Shown here: one piece after another, positions 1 to 13,409 of the stretch
Layout: each line of letters begins with the position of its first letter
How positions within the stretch are numbered: the stretch's first letter is position 1
Assembly: GCF_018977255.1 (NCBI RefSeq)
Contig: NW_024704743.1
Coordinates: 64,234,001-64,298,000 of the forward strand
Reading direction: 5' to 3'
From: Callorhinchus milii
Lineage: Eukaryota
DNA: 64,000 nt
Made by a program: the position numbers and the translations under genes
Notes under the pieces: generated by a model
What the model saw: only the letters and a program-made list of their open reading frames with translations
The model's database searches: none
Told to the model about the DNA's origin: nothing

Positions 1-1198
1 CCTGTTTATTTACTATTGACTTATTTTACCACTGACTTATTACTATTCTTCAAAGTAGACACAATCATTTTGATTAAAATACATCTGTAAGGACAAAAGG
101 ATCATTTGTGTTGAGCAGTGTTAAATTGAGCATTTGAACTCATTAATACGTCAGAATTAAAATGTTCATTCAGTTTCTCTCAGGAGGGAAACTTCTGCTT
201 TTTCTCAGATCAGGTGAAATTGCACGTATCGAGGTAAAGGAAATGTTAGCTGCTGTCAGCAAAGTTACTCTTTACTTTTCATCATGCCTCCTACAGTGTT
301 TGTGAAAGAGTTTTGAATCTGATGGGCTACTGAACAAAGTATGTGAGTTGCTGTGTGGTTAAGGGCAGAAAAAGTGCTACTCAGGGATATTTGTGTGAAT
401 TACCTCTCAAATCTCACTCCATCATTCCATTTATATGCATCAGGGGCCACCAGCCGCACAAAATACAGAAATTCAGCTCGTGTAACAGGTGCAACCTGTT
501 CTTAATGCAGGGGTATCAAGCTTCACATAGCGACTATTCAAAAAGAGAAGGGATTTTCTTGCAGTGTCCTGGCCAACATCTCACAGATCATTTGATCATT
601 CTTTTCATAGCTATTTGCGGGACAATACTGCGTACAAATTAGCTGCCAGAATGGCTTACAAATAGTCACTTTACTTCACAGCTCTCTGAGAGGTTTTAAC
701 GTTATAGGCAACATTTTAAAGGCAAAGATTATTCAAAGTTCTACATCTGAAACAGAAATAAACAGAAGATTTAAAAAAAAGCAAGTCAAGTTGGCGGGTC
801 ATAAAAAAGTTCCACCTTCTGCTTCAACTTTGATCCAGAGTATTTCTGGTCTTGAGTATGACTGGATGGTAGTGAATTCAATATTCTTACACACTGCAAT
901 TCAATGTTTCAGACCTTTATGCAGGCTGTTTCAAATACCTCAAAACTGGAGGAAACAAAACACACCTGCATATTTAATGATAGCAGTAGAATAACAGGCT
1001 TGAATACTCTCTGAAAAAAGCTTTACCAATTTAAAAAATTCTCCATGGTTTGTACAAAGTTCACGGCAGATATATTCACAGAATTGCACTGTAGTAGCCA
1101 ATACATAGTAAGTTTAAATCAGCGTCCACTGCTCAATGTCCTTTGCTGAAGACAGCTCCAGCTCCTTTGGGTCAGTAGTTACAAAAACGGACTGCGCT

Positions 1199-1370
1199 CT
1201 ACACCAACGCTCCCTTTGCTCGCCAATCACCAGAAAGGAATTCTTGAAATTCCTCTTCTTCATCACTGCCAGCCACATCATCATCTTTTTTCCCTTTCAA
1301 CGTTTTCACCAGTCGGTCCTTTAGAATATCCTGCTGATCTCGCAGATGCTCTACACGCCTGTAGCATTCA
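1199..1370 (-). CDS. ZNF830: ZNF830 last coding exon: ECYRRVEHLRDQQD...SDEEEEFQEFLSGDWRAKGALV*
   Basis: ttccccacag| acceptor in phase 2, TAG at 1201-1199; C-terminus matches the recalled human DWRVKGALL. Confidence 0.95.
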
Positions 1371-1974
1371 CTGTGGGGAAAAATCATTTTAATCAATCGT
1401 TAGACAAATCCTAGCAACATCAGACATTTAAACTACTGCACCCTTTGTTAGAAAACAATGTAAATATAGCAAAGAATAACATGGAAATCATACAGAACTT
1501 TGAGTCAGATGGTGCGCTACATATGCACAGCAGACATTCCGCAATGATGTGTAAGTAATAATAATAAATACGAGGAGTATTATTATAATTATTATTAGGA
1601 TAGATACAAGATACACATCTAATTTACAGTATAACTTAGTTGGATGAGAAATTCTGTTAGAATCATATTGGTCGGCAGGAACTATATTCTGCCTGTTCAG
1701 ATGCATGTAAAAGATCCCATGGTACTAATTGCAAAGAGAAGGGAGTTTCTCCCAGTGCCCTGGTCAAGAATCTCCCAAATAAAACTCCTCATTCACTTCA
1801 TGGCTGTTTGTGGGACATTGCTATGCACAAAGTGTCTGTGATATTTGCCTACAAAATACACATTCAATACACTTCACAATACAGTATATCCTGTGAAGCT
1901 CTTTGAGTCATCTCAATAACATGATAAGGCACTGTATCAAATATAAGGATTATTGCTTCATTGCAAGGGAGAAG

Positions 1975-3320
1975 AGTTCCTGCAGGTCAGCATGAAGTAC
2001 TTGAGGAGATGCTGGATTTCTTCCGAGTCCAAAACCGAGGGGATCCATTCTCCGCCCTCCCAACCGCCACTCCCTCCCCCCCGCACTCCGACCCCTACCC
2101 ATCCCTCCTGCCACATTTTCAAACCTGTCTCCCCTGCTCTCTCATCACCACCATATCCAGCTTAAAACACACCACTTTCTCCCATGACCCCATCCCCACC
2201 CCTCTCCTTACCTCTCAGCTCCACCTCCTTGTCTCTCTACTCTCCGACACCATCAATCTCTCCCTATCATCTGGCACCGTTCCCATCCCTAAAAACAGCT
2301 ATAATCACTCCCATGCTGGAAAAATCTTCCCTGGACCCATCCTTGCTTTTTAACTTCCGACTCATCTCCAACCTCCCTTTTCTTTCAAATGTCCTTGAAA
2401 GAGTTGCTGCTCCCCAACTTCGCTCCTTCCTCTGCTACCATTCCCTTCATGAGCCCCTCCAATTGGGTTTCGTGCTGCTCACAGCACGAAAGCTGTTTTG
2501 GTCGAGGTGACAAACAACATTTTGTCCACCTGTGACCAGGGCTCCCTCTGCCTCCTCGTCCTCTCTGCTGCCTTCGATACTGCGCACCATTCCAATCTCC
2601 TCCACCACCTCTCCTCTCACCTCAACCTTCAAGGTTCTGTCCTTGAATGCTTCAGGTTTTATCTCCCACACCGTCTCCAATTTGTCTCCACCAATAGTTT
2701 CTCTTCCAGTCTCGTGTGGTGTTCCTCAGGGCTCTGTCCTCAGTGCCCTCGTCTTCAACCACTACATGCTCCCCCTTGGTGACATCATCCACAGACATCG
2801 GGTCAATTTCCACATGTACGCGGATGACACTCAACTCTATCTCTCTGCCTCCACCCGCGATTCCAGGACAACTGACGTCCTGACAGATTGTCTGTCTGAC
2901 ATCAAGTCCTGGATGAGAGCCAACTTTCTACAGCTGAATGTCACCCCCACCCTGCCCGACTCCACTGGCTCCTCAGGGGATAAAATTCTAAAACCTCGTC
3001 CTCCATGGCCTTGTCCCCTTCTACTTCTCTGACCTGCTGGCCCCCTACCAACCTGTCTGCTCCGTCCGTTCAGCAGGCTCAAGCCTGCTCCAGATCTCCT
3101 GCCCGACCCGCCCTACCATCGGTGGCTGGGCTTTTGGCCTCTCTGCCCCCACTCTTTGGAACTTCATTCCACAATCCCCTCACCTTGCTCCCTCAAGGTA
3201 CGATTCAAGACCTTCCTTTTTGACCATGCCTTCAGCCACCCTCCTACCCCCTCTGCCCTCCCTCATCCCAACCCTGCCCCCTCCCCCCCTCAAGCTCGGG
3301 TCCTAATCTTGTTGTTGTTG
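1975..3320 (+). mobile_element. L2-clade LINE fragment (RT region to 3' end, frameshifted and internally deleted)
   Basis: LKTAIITPMLEK...[38 protein letters not shown]; (TTG)n tail. Confidence 0.9.
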
Positions 3321-3959
3321 TGGATATCAGAAAGAATCACCATTTAGTTGATACAAAGCGATCTGCCCTCAGCCCTAAAGCATTGCACAGCAATTTAACA
3401 CACACCATCTTGGGGGGAGTGGGGGGGAGAGGGGGGAGAAATTGTTTTAATGGGATTTCTTAATGACGAACATGTGGGAACTCTGGAAGTAGGATGTGTT
3501 GGAAGTGGAGTTCACATGGATTGACGATTACAATAATAATCTTTGTGTTTGACATAGCGCCTTATCACGTCTTCGAGACGTCTCAAAGCGCTTCACAGAA
3601 TACAGAATGAATTGACTGTGTATTTTGTGAATTAAACAAAAAAAGTCTACATTTGCACGACTCAGATTACTTATTAAAGAATTCTATCAAGAAATACCAC
3701 AAATTAATTGAATAGGATTCTACAGTTAGGTTTTGTTGTGGTGAACAGTTTGCTGCGATTTTAAATTTTTGTGCGATTGCAAAGGTTTTTGTTTTCTTCT
3801 TGGAATTTTAGGCCTCTTTTACACCTTATATGGGTCTTCATAGGTTATAGACCATAAACAGGCAGCCTGGGCGCAGGCCTCAACATTGCTACCATAACAG
3901 CAACTTGCATTTTTCAGCTCCTCTCCCGTACAGGTTTGATGCAAGTTTGCACTTCACCT

Positions 3960-4412
3960 CCTCTCCCGCACCAGGCTCCACGACCCTATCACCCCCATCC
4001 TCACCCGACTCCACTGGCTTCCCATCACACAGGATACAGTTCAAGATCCTGGTCCTCACTTTCAAAGTCCTCCATGGCCTTGCTCCCCCCTACCTCTGCA
4101 ACCTCCTAAACCCCTACCAAGCTACCCGTTCCTTCCACTCAGCGGCTCTGGCCTGCTCCACATCCTCCGTCTTGCCCGCTCCACTATTGGCGGGTGCGTC
4201 TTCTGTCACTCTACCCCCACCCTCTGGAACTCCATCCCGCAGTCCCTTCGTCTCCCCCCTTCCTTTGCCTCCTTCAAGACCCATCTCAAGACTCTTCTCT
4301 TCGACCGAGTCATTGGTTACTCTCCTTCCCCTCCTCAGCTCGGGCCCGAAACACCAATTGTCCAGCGCCTTGGGATATCCTCCCGGCGCTATACAAATAT
4401 CATTTTGTTGTT
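3960..4412 (+). mobile_element. L2 LINE 3' fragment
   Basis: RIQFKILVLTFKVLHGLAPPYL; stem-loop and (TTG)n tail. Confidence 0.88.
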
Positions 4413-7400
4413 GTTACTGCATTTATATAGCGCCCTTCACGTGGGCTATAAACAGAGCGCTTAAACTATAACATCCTTGTAGAGAAGCTCCCGGCTGCTC
4501 CCTGACATTTCCGCACAATCCAGCACTTGGTTGGCAGTTCAATAATTGAGCTAGAATATTTAGAGGATATGGAGAAAAGAAGAGAATAGGGATTCAAAGA
4601 ATTGTGATGATCCAATGTAATGGCAGAATATCAGAACAAACTTAACAGGCCAAACAGAGTCCTCTGTTCCCAGCTAGTGGAGCATTTAAGCGCTTTGAGA
4701 CATCTAGAAGAGTGAAAAGCCCTATATCAAATGCAAGGATAATAATAATAATTGTAGATACTAAGTAGTGTCCTGTCATTCACTGATGCGCCATGTTAAG
4801 GGGGCTCAGCATGCTGCGTCTTTATGCTTTCCGTATCTTGTATCAAAAAGCTGGTTTAAAAGTTAAAATAAAAGCCTATCTGAAGCCTATATGAGCCTAC
4901 ACTCGTATTCCTTAATTTCTATTACCTACTAAGCAGCACAATTATTTTTGCTCCTTTGCTAAAACTATAACTCTGATCTCAATGGTGGATTCAATTGAAG
5001 CAAATAATCAATATTTGGTTACTTCTGTGCAGAACAGTACACATCACAAGAGGTCACCACCACTGCTCTACTTAAATATTAAACACCTTCAACCTTCAAT
5101 ATTCTCCTGTTTTCTTTTGTCCTATTTTGACAATTTGAAAATACATCGGCCAAATCTGCATTATTTCTTAGTCTTAATTTTTCTAAGAAATGCATCTGGT
5201 GTATTAGAATTATGATACTTACACATTTCTGGATATTACAAATTAATATCCCAATATTGTTTATTCATATGGTGATTTGAATCATTCCAAAGTGGGAACT
5301 GGCTAAATTGTTCCTGAATGACAGTCTGAAGCTGGCACATAAAAAGCTGTAAGATTAGTGAAGCTGCCCTGAGTTATGCCTGGATCTCTGTAGAGGTCAT
5401 TCAGCTCCTATGTTAAATCCAGTGACTCTCCCAATTCGTGTCCCAGACAAGATCATCAGCCCCAGCAGAACTGTAGTCAAGAACAGGAACCTTAAGGAAA
5501 CCATAACTCTTTGTAATGGCTGATTTCAGAATAAGGAAATGTGTGAGAGGACATAAATCAGTTTTGTAACAGTATAAATCTACCAGTAAAGGGGGTTTCT
5601 GTCGTGATGCTGCTATACTTAAACTAATCTTCATTATTATGGCAACCGACTGACACTTCATGTTAATAGGCCGGTGACCTTTCAATATCCACACATAGGC
5701 ACACATGCAAACACACATTGGCATGCATGCAAATATGAGTATTCACACACGTGTGTATTACTGCTTTGCAAAGTTAATTTACTGGAAACAACATTCATTT
5801 TGTGAACTGCTTCGTATCCTGATGGCTTCTTTCAATACTTGTAGGCCGTTCTACACAGATGGAAGAAACTTAAAACTGACTAAAATAATCTAGGACACAA
5901 GCACGTCTGTAGGAATGCCACAGGAAAACCAGCACAGGCTGACCCATCATGCCAAGAGCTTTGTGCAGAATGTCACATAATGTCAGTGCAATGCATTACC
6001 GCAGAAAGGACGGGATTGCCAAGTCAGAAATAGTGTTCACACCATGTCCCCTGGGAAAGGATTAAAGTCTGTGACGCCAAACCAAGCAACTCTACACTAT
6101 TCAGACAGCTGCAGAAAAAATGGATTAGGCCAGAATAAGTGCTGTTAACTGCCTTTTGTTCACTGACAAGTTTAATCTATATTAATAGGCGAGAGAAAAG
6201 CTAACAAATGATCAGGAACTGCACTATGTAAATTAACTGTAAACAGTTGTTTACAGCTTTAACACGAAAACCACAGCCTCAATAATCTGATAGAAAAAGT
6301 AAAGAGTGATAGAAACAGATAAAACAGAAGTTCCTTAAGTTAACAGATCTTTTGCAAAATCAAGTGGATTAATCACTGATGAGAATACACACTAGGAACA
6401 CAATTTTTTTTATATCCAGGAATCTCACTGAACAGAATTAATCAAGAGTTCAGAGAGCAGTTATACCATTTAACGACATCAAAGAACATAACAAAATATC
6501 ATTCTATCAGACCAATCATCACGGCAATGCAGTCCTCATTCAGTATGGCCATAAAATGACTGGCATCCAGAAGTGACCCATAGCCCAATCCTCATTACAT
6601 CGGTGGAGCCAGTGACTAACGAAACATGTAGATGATGTCAGGCAGATACAGATCTACTATCTCCCTGACCTGAAATGTCAGGTCACGATGATCAAATTTC
6701 AACAAGAATTTCTCTGATTTGAAGGGGGAAATACTTTGTGATATAGATATGCTAAGCAAAGACTCAGAGAAAATAGGTTCTCCCGATACTCCTAAATCCA
6801 GGGTTCATCCAATGATCATGACTGTTTGTGGACCTTGCTGCCACACTGGCACAGAAACACGATGTCGATACTGGACAGTAATTACCTGTGAAGTGCTTTG
6901 AAGCTTTTCAATATGATAAAGCTCCAGAAAAATGCTAGCTTTTTCTAGTTCCTTATAATATTCCATTGAACAATCACTGGCATATTATGCTAGATGGCTC
7001 CAATGTCAGAACCTTCCTGTAATTCGCTTTTACTAGTGATACCCTGTGCCCATATTAATTTTCTCATACCTTGTAAGCAGAATTGTACACTTTTTCAAAA
7101 GTAAAAGGAAGATGCTATACTGAGGATGAGGGATGAGTCAGGGCAGTGAGCATATGGGCCACCCTTGGTATATCATGTTCCTCATTACCATTAGCAACAC
7201 TATGTACTAAGTAGGCCATCTAGTGGCAATACATCAGTACTATTCTGTGAAGCGCTTTGAGACGTCTAGAAGACATGAAAAACGCTATATTAAATGCAAG
7301 GATTATTATTATTATTACTACACACTTTCAAATCTAAATAAATGACAATGGACATCATTATAGTGCCTTTTACGTCAGGAGGATGTCTCCAAGCGTTGAC

Positions 7401-8026
7401 AATGCTGGCTGGACACCCACACTGGGGGTGGGAGCTGAACGGGTTGGGGAGGGGACAAATGACCTACATACACCTCTTTGACTGTGTCTTTGGGCAACAT
7501 CTTCACATTTTTATTTCCTTACTTGGTGTCAACCAGTACATTGGTCAACTACTTGTTCTTTCATGAACAAGTACATTCATACTACGTTCCATGTTGAGAC
7601 TTTACCTCAGTCTAGCCTGACATTCCTAGTGCTGTACTGGGGAAGTGTTGCTTTATCAGATGAGACATCTTTTGGCTGAACCATCTTTTGGCTGAAGGGT
7701 TAACCTGAGTTCCCATTGATCTGTGCAGGTGAAAGTTAAAGATTCCACAATGATAACGTGAATATAAGTGGAACCTTTTGAGCAGACAGCTTACAGGTTA
7801 TTGCCAATTTCACTTTCTGATGTGATGTTGGCATGGGCATCCTAATGACCTGGAAATAGGTCTTTTTAACTCGAAAGCAATCAGTAGGTGGGTATTAAGT
7901 TGGCCAACTGTGCACATCCACAGTGATTGGGGACTACAGTGTAACTGTGTTATGATTGAATTTGCGCCATAATGAAGCCAATTACAATGGAGCCTTTCAT
8001 ACAGGATGAAATCCTCAATTCAGAAG

Positions 8027-9103
8027 AGTCCTGTAACTCAGTGATATAACACTTGCCTTGCAAGTGAGAGACCTGGCTTTGATTCCCGGCAGGGCGAAAT
8101 GTTGGGCAAGTTTCCTTACTCCAACAACAACAACTTGGATTTATATAGCGCCCTCCACGCCGGATGGCATCTCAGAGCGCTTTACAGTAACGGATCCTGG
8201 GACCGAGCCACGGGGAGGGGTAGGAAGGTGACCAAAGGCGCGGTCAGAAAGAAAGGTATTCAGCAGAGACCGGAAAATGGGAAGGGATGGAGCGAGACGA
8301 AGGGAGTGAGGAAGGCAGTTCCAGAGCCTTGGGGCTTAGTGGCTGAAGGCACGGCCGCCAATGGTGGAGCGGAGGACTCGGAGGAGGCCAGACCCGGAGG
8401 AACGAAGGCAATGGGTATTGTTTTGAGGAGAGAGGAGGTCAGAGAGGTAGGGGGGGTGCAGAGGAATGCAGGGACTTGAATACGAGAGTGAGGATCTTGA
8501 AATTGATCCTCTCTGGGATAGGCAGCCAGTGCAGTCTGGCAAGGACTGGCAAGGTGATTGGAGAGCGGAGTTTCGTGCGGATGAGAATGCGGGTGGGAGA
8601 GTTTTGAATTATTTGGATTTTATGGATGGTAATGGATGGGAGACTGGCGCTAAGGGCGTTGGGAGTAGTCCAGCCGAGAGGTGACAATGGCATGGACCAG
8701 GGTTTCAGCGGCTTTTGGGGAGAGATATAGGCGGAGACGGGCGATGCGTCGCAGGTGGAAGAAGGCGGTACTGGTGAGGGACCGGATGTGGGGGAGGAAG
8801 GATAATTGGGGGTCGAACCTGACACCTAGGTTGCGTACTCCACATGCTTCTGTTTACCTAGCATCAAGTAGGAACCCGGTTGTTAGTCGATTGGCGGATC
8901 ACTTTTCCGGGGATAATAATCCTTCAAAAAAAACAAATAAGTTGGTCACTCAATCCACGACTGTTTGTGGGATACTGCTGTGTGTAATTGGCTAAAGCGT
9001 TTCACCCACAAATATAGTCAATTCACTTTACAATATATTCTGAAGCGCTTTGAGGCGTCTAGAAGACGTGAAAAGCGCTATATCAAATGCAAGTATTATT
9101 ATT
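8027..9103 (+). mobile_element. tRNA-Ala-derived SINE (long variant) split by an L2 insertion
   Basis: Head at 8027-8123; body resumes at 8836 and ends in an (ATT)n tail. Confidence 0.85.
8124..8835 (-). mobile_element. 5'-truncated L2 LINE inserted in a SINE, TSD TACTCCA
   Basis: LARLHWLPIPERINFKILTL; (CAA)n at left end; TACTCCA at 8117-8123 and 8836-8842. Confidence 0.88.
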
Positions 9104-10994
9104 AACCCTGGCCAACAATGCTCCAGATTGATTGATCATTCACTTCATGGCTGTTTGCAGAACACTGCAGGCACAAGCTGTTGCTACAATTGATTATTTA
9201 GGAAGCACTTTGAGAAGTTTCAACATGACAAGGTACTGTAAAATTCTTCCTTCTACTTCCCTGCCATAATTCTGCACTACCAACAAATCTAGTTGATTTT
9301 CCAGGATGTGTGCTTGCTCATGTATATGTGACAATGCAGGACGTCATCGCAACGCCCACAACACAGTAAATGATACACAGTAGGAATGGGTCAATCAGTA
9401 GTTACATACAATACACACAAGAATAATTGCCTATTCAACTCGAGGATTGAATATTCAACAGCAATAAATTACAGCCCTACAATTTACTCATTATTTTCTG
9501 TTTAAAGGCCGCCCATAAATACTGTTGAATGAGTCAAACACTTAAGCAAATTAGTCTGCAGCAGAAATTTTATTCTGTGAATGTCTTAAAAGTGATTATA
9601 CTTGGACCTAAGATGTGTTTAATGTCTCTTTTACACTACACAGTTAGTGCCACTTTGATGGGTTTCTGTATCAAATTAGCGTTAAAAGTATAGTATAAAT
9701 TCAATTTGGCCACATGATTTTTGAGGCCTGCTCCCACAGTTACCTCCAGGATTTGAACCCAAAACATTGCCTTCAGCTAAGCCAGAAATTTTGATTTGCT
9801 GTTGCAACTGAAATCAATAAATTTGTAAACTTAAAAATCGTGCATTTCAAACTTCTGGTTCTCAAAAAGCCGGTTATACTTGCAGCTCTTCAATATTATT
9901 ACAAAATGTATTGGATTTATACCAATTACTAGAGAATGTGCTGAGCTGCATGCACGCACACGGAGTACACTGAGCCCTGGGGAAGAGTAGTTTGCATCAA
10001 TCCAGTTTCTTGCTCCAACTGGTTGTATTACTGAATATAATAGCATCTCTTCTATACGATAAAAGGTGCAAAAGCACCTGCAGTCAGTGATATGTAAACT
10101 CAGTTACACTGGGAAGAATGAATTTATCACAGAAACCTTATCAAAATGTTTCAGATAATTAATGATTTGTTTTGAATGCCATTCCACGCACAGGAAGGTC
10201 TCACAAACGGTCATAACGTGAACAACCAACTTAAATGGAAAATTGTTCGGCTGCATATCAACAACAAAACAGCAAATTGCATATCAGGAGAATCATTCGT
10301 CTCTTTCTGCACTTTGATATATTTTGTTGTAGAGTTCATAAGGTTTCCAAAGGATTGTGAAATATATTTATCCAATCAAGAATCCAATCTTGGATCCAAT
10401 CTTGTTGACAGCATTCGAATTGGCCCATGTCATTACACCAATATCTCATTACCTACAGGAATTAAAGGCTTCGAGGTTGTGGAAGTCTGCATTCTGGGAT
10501 GATGAAAGTAGGGCTCAAAATAATTTTTTTATTCCAGGGACTTAATTCATTCCTTCTCATGCACGCACACACACATGCACAGTGAGCCCTGAATGGATAA
10601 TAATAAACCTTTCATTTTGATATAGCGCCTTTGAGACGTCTCAAGGTACTCCAAAGGATTTACTGTAAATACAATACAAATTTACATAACACTTTTCAAA
10701 TCAGGAGGACATCTCAAGGACCTTAATAATGGCTTGGCTCCTGAGCTGGGGATGAGAGCCATAAGGGGTTAATGATAGTAAAGATGTCCTAAAACATGGT
10801 CAAAGAGAGAGATCTTGAAACCAACATTGAACAAGGTGAGGGAACGAGCGAGTCATAGTGATTCTGATGGAGTTCCAGAGGGTGTGGGGGGTGGGGGGGA
10901 AGATGGTCTGAAAACCTGTCAAGTGGGGCAGTTAGAGTGGGGCACCAATAGCATTCCAGTGCCCAATGAGTGAAGGGAGCAGCTAGGTTAGGTA

Positions 10995-11323
10995 AAGTAC
11001 ACTGACTGTGTATTTGAAGGCGAACAAGGCAGACACAGCAATGTCCCACAAATAGCGATGAAAAAAATGACCAATGGGAATTGTCAGCCAAGACACCAAG
11101 AGTCTCCTTTCTCTTTTCAAACAGTACCATGAGGTTTTTAACATCCAGCTGAACAGACAGTGAGACCTCAGTTCAATCTGAAGGTACCTCTGACATTGCA
11201 GCTCTATCCTAGCACTGTACTAGTGTGTTAACCAAGACTGAGTTTGAAGCCTTGACATGGGGCTTGAACCTACAACCTGTTGGCTCTGAGTTGAGAGTGC
11301 TACAAATTGAGTCAGGCTGACAC
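10995..11323 (-). mobile_element. Deu-domain tRNA-derived SINE (old)
   Basis: Reverse-complement similarity to the 11376 copy. Confidence 0.7.
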
Positions 11324-11375
11324 TTACTTTGAATTCAGATTGCAAACTCTTCTCTTTCAAATAAAAGCATTTATT

Positions 11376-11750
11376 TGCCAGGTTTGGCTCAGTTCATAGC
11401 ACTCTCGCTTCTGGGCCATGAAGTTGTGGATTCAAGCTCAGTCTTGTTGACAGTCCAGTGCAAGTCCCGGGGAGCACTGCATTGTTTGAAGGTGCCATCC
11501 TTCTGATGAGAAGTTGAACTGTTTGCCTGTTCAGATGAATGTTAAAGATCCCACACACAAAAAGAGGGAGTTTGCTCCCTTTCTCAACCAACAATCTTCC
11601 AGTTAAATTAGTCATTAACTTCATGGCTGTTTGTGATACATTGCTTTGGGCAGATTGTCTACCATGTTCGACTACACTTTATAGTAATTACTTGAGAATT
11701 TCTCTGAGACTATGACATTCCAGACACTATATTAAATGCAAGGATTATTT
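11376..11750 (+). mobile_element. Deu-domain tRNA-derived SINE (old). Further copies near 490-735, 1690-1955, 37440-37740, 40400-40665, 41480-41800, 42300-42710, 47010-47235, 58570-58790, 61920-62080, 63400-63700
   Basis: A-box TGGCTCAGTT..TAGC and B-box-like GGATTCAAGC; Deu-like core GGTGCCATCCTTCTGATGAG...GTTCAGATGAATGTTAAAGATCCC...GGCTGTTTGTG. Confidence 0.7.
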
Positions 11751-11777
11751 ATTTGCATAATATCCATTACCCATTGT

Positions 11778-12096
11778 GGAGTCCTGTAGCTCAGTGGTTA
11801 GAGCACTCGCTTTGCAAGCGAGAGACCTGAGTTCAATTCCAGGCAGGGCGAAACCTTGGACAAGTTTCCTTACTCCACACGCCTAATAATAATCCCTCCA
11901 AAACAAAAAACAATTATAAAAATTGGTCATTTTCAATCTACGACTGTTTGTGGGACATTGCTGTGCGCAATTGGCTGCCGCGTTCGCCCACAAATATAGT
12001 CAATTCACTTTACAGTGTGTTCTGTGAAGCGCTTTGGGACGTCCTCCCGACGTGAAAAGCGCTATATCAAATGCAAGGATTATTATTATTATTATT
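11778..12096 (+). mobile_element. tRNA-Ala(UGC)-derived SINE (short, young variant), full length
   Basis: TAGCTCAGTGG A box, CTCGC-TTTGCAA-GCGAG anticodon arm, GTTCAATTCC B box, L2-type stem-loop, (ATT)n tail. Confidence 0.92.
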
Positions 12097-12833
12097 ACAA
12101 ACCGCCACAGACATTAACAGAAACCTTTTGTTTGAAGTTGTAGAAAATGTTTGATTCCTAAACTAACAAAGACTGTTATCTGCAATGAATACTGCTCAGT
12201 TACGAACTCCAATATGAAGCTCATTTGCAGTGGAATACCTAGTTGAAGTATTCCAGCAATACCAATTCTTATAGTATTAGTGGAACACAATTAGCCCTCT
12301 GAACTTCGAAGGCTTGTAGCTCTTCTGCACTTTCAGTCCTTTACTGCAGAGACCTAAAAGCTGTATAATGTAATTCGTTGATCCATAATGCCAGACAATA
12401 AAAGCGACTTACCCTTAACTAAATTTATTTACAATGTTGGCACAATATCAAATGTAAGGATCATTATTATTTATTCATACAATTCTATATTTCTGTTTGA
12501 GTCTTGCTGCACTAGGATGAAATAGCTAAAAACATACGTTAGTGTTTAAATGAAGTGATACATAAGCAAGCATTTAGATGCTTCTCACCAACAGGAAAAT
12601 CATAAAAATGCAAATTGTTGAATAGTAGTGTTTCAAAATCATCATGGTTCCTCTCACCCAGAGGATAGGATAAAACTGATTGTTAAGAGATGACTTACTG
12701 TGATATGAATCTTGTATCGTGTGCATGAATATGTGGTATGCATATATGGAACTCAGACTGGTTTAGCTACTCTTAAGCATGGTGAGTGGTTTCTGCATTC
12801 GTCGAACTCCTGGCTGACCAAAATATATTACTC

Positions 12834-12960
12834 CTAGTGAAATAAGAACTTCCAGATGAAGGCAGGGGACAAACATTGAAGCTGGAGGCACCTTCTTCTG
12901 GTATTACACAAGACCCTCACATGGCCAGGGTGGGCTTTGTAATTCAGAATAAAGTTAGGG
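12834..12960 (+). mobile_element. Degenerate RTE-clade LINE endonuclease relic
   Basis: Across frameshifts reads SEIR/LPDEG...EAGGTFFW...RVGFVIQNK, resembling the RTE APE motif SETRL..EG...YTFFW...GVGFAIKN. Confidence 0.55.
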
Positions 12961-13409
12961 AGCTCAGTGTCATCTCGGATAACAAAACTGCTATAAAAAG
13001 GGAAATGCTTTGTTTTTCGGTGTCCATCCATCAAGATGTTCTACAGTAGTCTGAAGTGCCACCATACAACTCCAACAGTAGGTAAGTCACCGTCAAACAA
13101 TTCAACTCAGGTCTGTGTACTAGCCCCGTTTCTCAGCAACACATCACTGAGCAAACTACATCATTACGAACACAATCTTTTATCAACTAGATGAGCATAG
13201 GGCATTTTGGATGCATCTGTGTTCAAAGCCCTCACATCACTGAGACAGTCATAAAGCAATAACAACTTGCATTCATAATAATAGTAATCCTTGCATTTGA
13301 TATAGTGGGTTATCAAGTTAGAAGGACATCTTAAAGTACTTCACAAGAATTACTGTGAAATGTAGTGACTGTGTATAAGTAGTCAAACGCAGCAGCACAG
13401 TTGCGCTTT

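Noticed and set aside
5..978. ZNF830 polyadenylation signals (minus-strand AATAAA at 5-10, ATTAAA at 973-978)
   Set aside because: Both are plausible but cannot be distinguished without transcript data.
11778..11850. tRNA-Ala(UGC) gene
   Set aside because: The cloverleaf-like head continues into a SINE body and tail and recurs many times, so it is a SINE head.
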